From Desulfosudaceae bacterium (GTDB lineage Bacteria; Desulfobacterota; Desulfobacteria; Desulfobacterales; Desulfosudaceae): DNA of 64,000 nucleotides. Position 1 is the stretch's first letter. Each line of letters starts with the position of its first letter. The notes under the pieces are model-generated. The model saw only the letters and a program-made list of their open reading frames with translations. It was not told the DNA's origin and did not search any database. A program made the position numbers and the translations under genes. Shown here piece after piece: positions 63,040 to 64,000 of this stretch. The stretch lies in NCBI GenBank assembly GCA_963674745.2, contig CAXXDV010000001.1, forward strand, positions 608,001 to 672,000, in the 5' to 3' direction.

Positions 63040-63206
63040 ATTTCTAAGTTAAATCAAATTTTTTTCAGTGTAACACAACCGGTCGCCGGGCGGCAAATTA
63101 TTTTTTGTGAGCCGTTCAGTGTTGATTTTATGAACCAGGTGTTGTATATTAAAAAAAGTGTAAATCAGATTATCTGAAGTTCTTGCAGTAAGGAGTAACA
63201 CCGTAT

Positions 63207-64000
63207 ATGTATGACAGCAGTATCACCCGGCTGGCGGAAGCCAACCACCGGGTTATTTTCCAGGCCCCTGATCTTGATAACCTGAGCCAGACCAGCACCG
63301 TCGTTGATCTTCATTTTCACTCCCACTTTTCAGACGGCGCCAATTCCCCTCAGCAAATCATCGAAAAAGCGGAACAACTCGGCATCGGCATCGCCATTAC
63401 CGACCATAACAGCATTGAAGGGGCCATGGCGATCGACCGGCAGTCCCGGGTATTAAGTATCCCGGGAATCGAAATCACCTCCCGCGACGGTGCTCACATT
63501 CTGCTTTATTTTTATACCGCCCGATCTTTAAAAAAATTCTTCACTGCCTGTGTTCAGCCTTATCTCGGAAAGGAACTGATGTCTTCCATTGGTTTGACCA
63601 TGGAGGAAATTATCCGGCAGGCCCGTCCTTATGAGCCTGTCATCATTTTCCCCCATCCGTTCTGTGCCATGTATACCGGCATCTGCAATCCGCTGTTTTC
63701 TCCTGACCGCCAGCATGAATTGTTGACCGCCGCAGATGGTGTGGAGGTCATCAATGCCGGCAACCTGAAAAAATGGAATTTAAAATCCGCTCTTCTGGGG
63801 TTTAACCTGAACAAAATCATGACCGGCGGCAGCGACGGACACAGCCTGTATCAGATGGGGAAATCCGTTACTTGTGCGACTACTGCACCGGACCGGACCG
63901 CTTTTCTGGATGCGTTAAAAGCCAAAGAGGCCCGGGTGGTTGGTAAAGAGATTGATTTTGTAAGAAAAATCGCATCAAACAGCGCCAAAATCCCGGCCAA
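63207..64000 (+). CDS. PHP domain protein (runs off the window)
   Basis: AAGGAG RBS; manual translation gives DLHFHSHFSDG, AITDHN, PGIEIT, HILLY, PHPF, EVINA and GGSDGH. Confidence 0.88.
   Translation, partial: MYDSSITRLAEANHRVIFQAPDLDNLSQTSTVVDLHFHSHFSDGANSPQQIIEKAEQLGIGIAITDHNSIEGAMAIDRQSRVLSIPGIEITSRDGAHILLYFYTARSLKKFFTACVQPYLGKELMSSIGLTMEEIIRQARPYEPVIIFPHPFCAMYTGICNPLFSPDRQHELLTAADGVEVINAGNLKKWNLKSALLGFNLNKIMTGGSDGHSLYQMGKSVTCATTAPDRTAFLDALKAKEARVVGKEIDFVRKIASNSAKIPA

Noticed and set aside
63002..63119. Inverted repeat CTGAACGGCTCGC / GTGAGCCGTTCAG spanning the candidate RNA promoter
   Set aside because: Only 13 nt with one mismatch; it cannot be told from chance or a dispersed repeat without genome-wide counts.

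Overview
This window looks like a sulfate-reducing deltaproteobacterial (Desulfobacterales-like) chromosome segment; that assignment is inferred from gene content. Positions 1-32.5 kb are mostly core or metabolic genes: a membrane Fe-S/CCG oxidoreductase, two tandem radical SAM paralogs, asnS, metK, a lytic transglycosylase, a divergent pncB, rnfCDGEAB, epmA, dapF, leuCD and a TatT-type TRAP transporter. tRNA-His and tRNA-Arg(TCG) follow. The 3' half of tRNA-Arg recurs at 41.35 kb and 48.8 kb, delimiting stacked accessory cassettes with no integrase in the window. Cassette 1 holds the best candidate for an undescribed system. A GEMM-I riboswitch precedes a 1507-aa surface protein that ends in a Cys-containing, transmembrane/basic-tail C-terminal signal. 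It faces an operon for a CPBP (CAAX-type) intramembrane protease and an Lgt-like diacylglyceryl transferase fused to a gingipain/PorU-like C25 peptidase, suggesting a dedicated C-terminal cleavage and lipid-anchoring system. Cassette 2 carries an AbiE toxin-antitoxin pair and a sigma54 two-component module. An AT-rich block of PHP and SGNH-like hydrolases follows. Core-like genes resume at about 56.4 kb, and a candidate structured ncRNA lies at about 62.9-63.05 kb. All family calls come from motif recognition by eye; no database searches were run.
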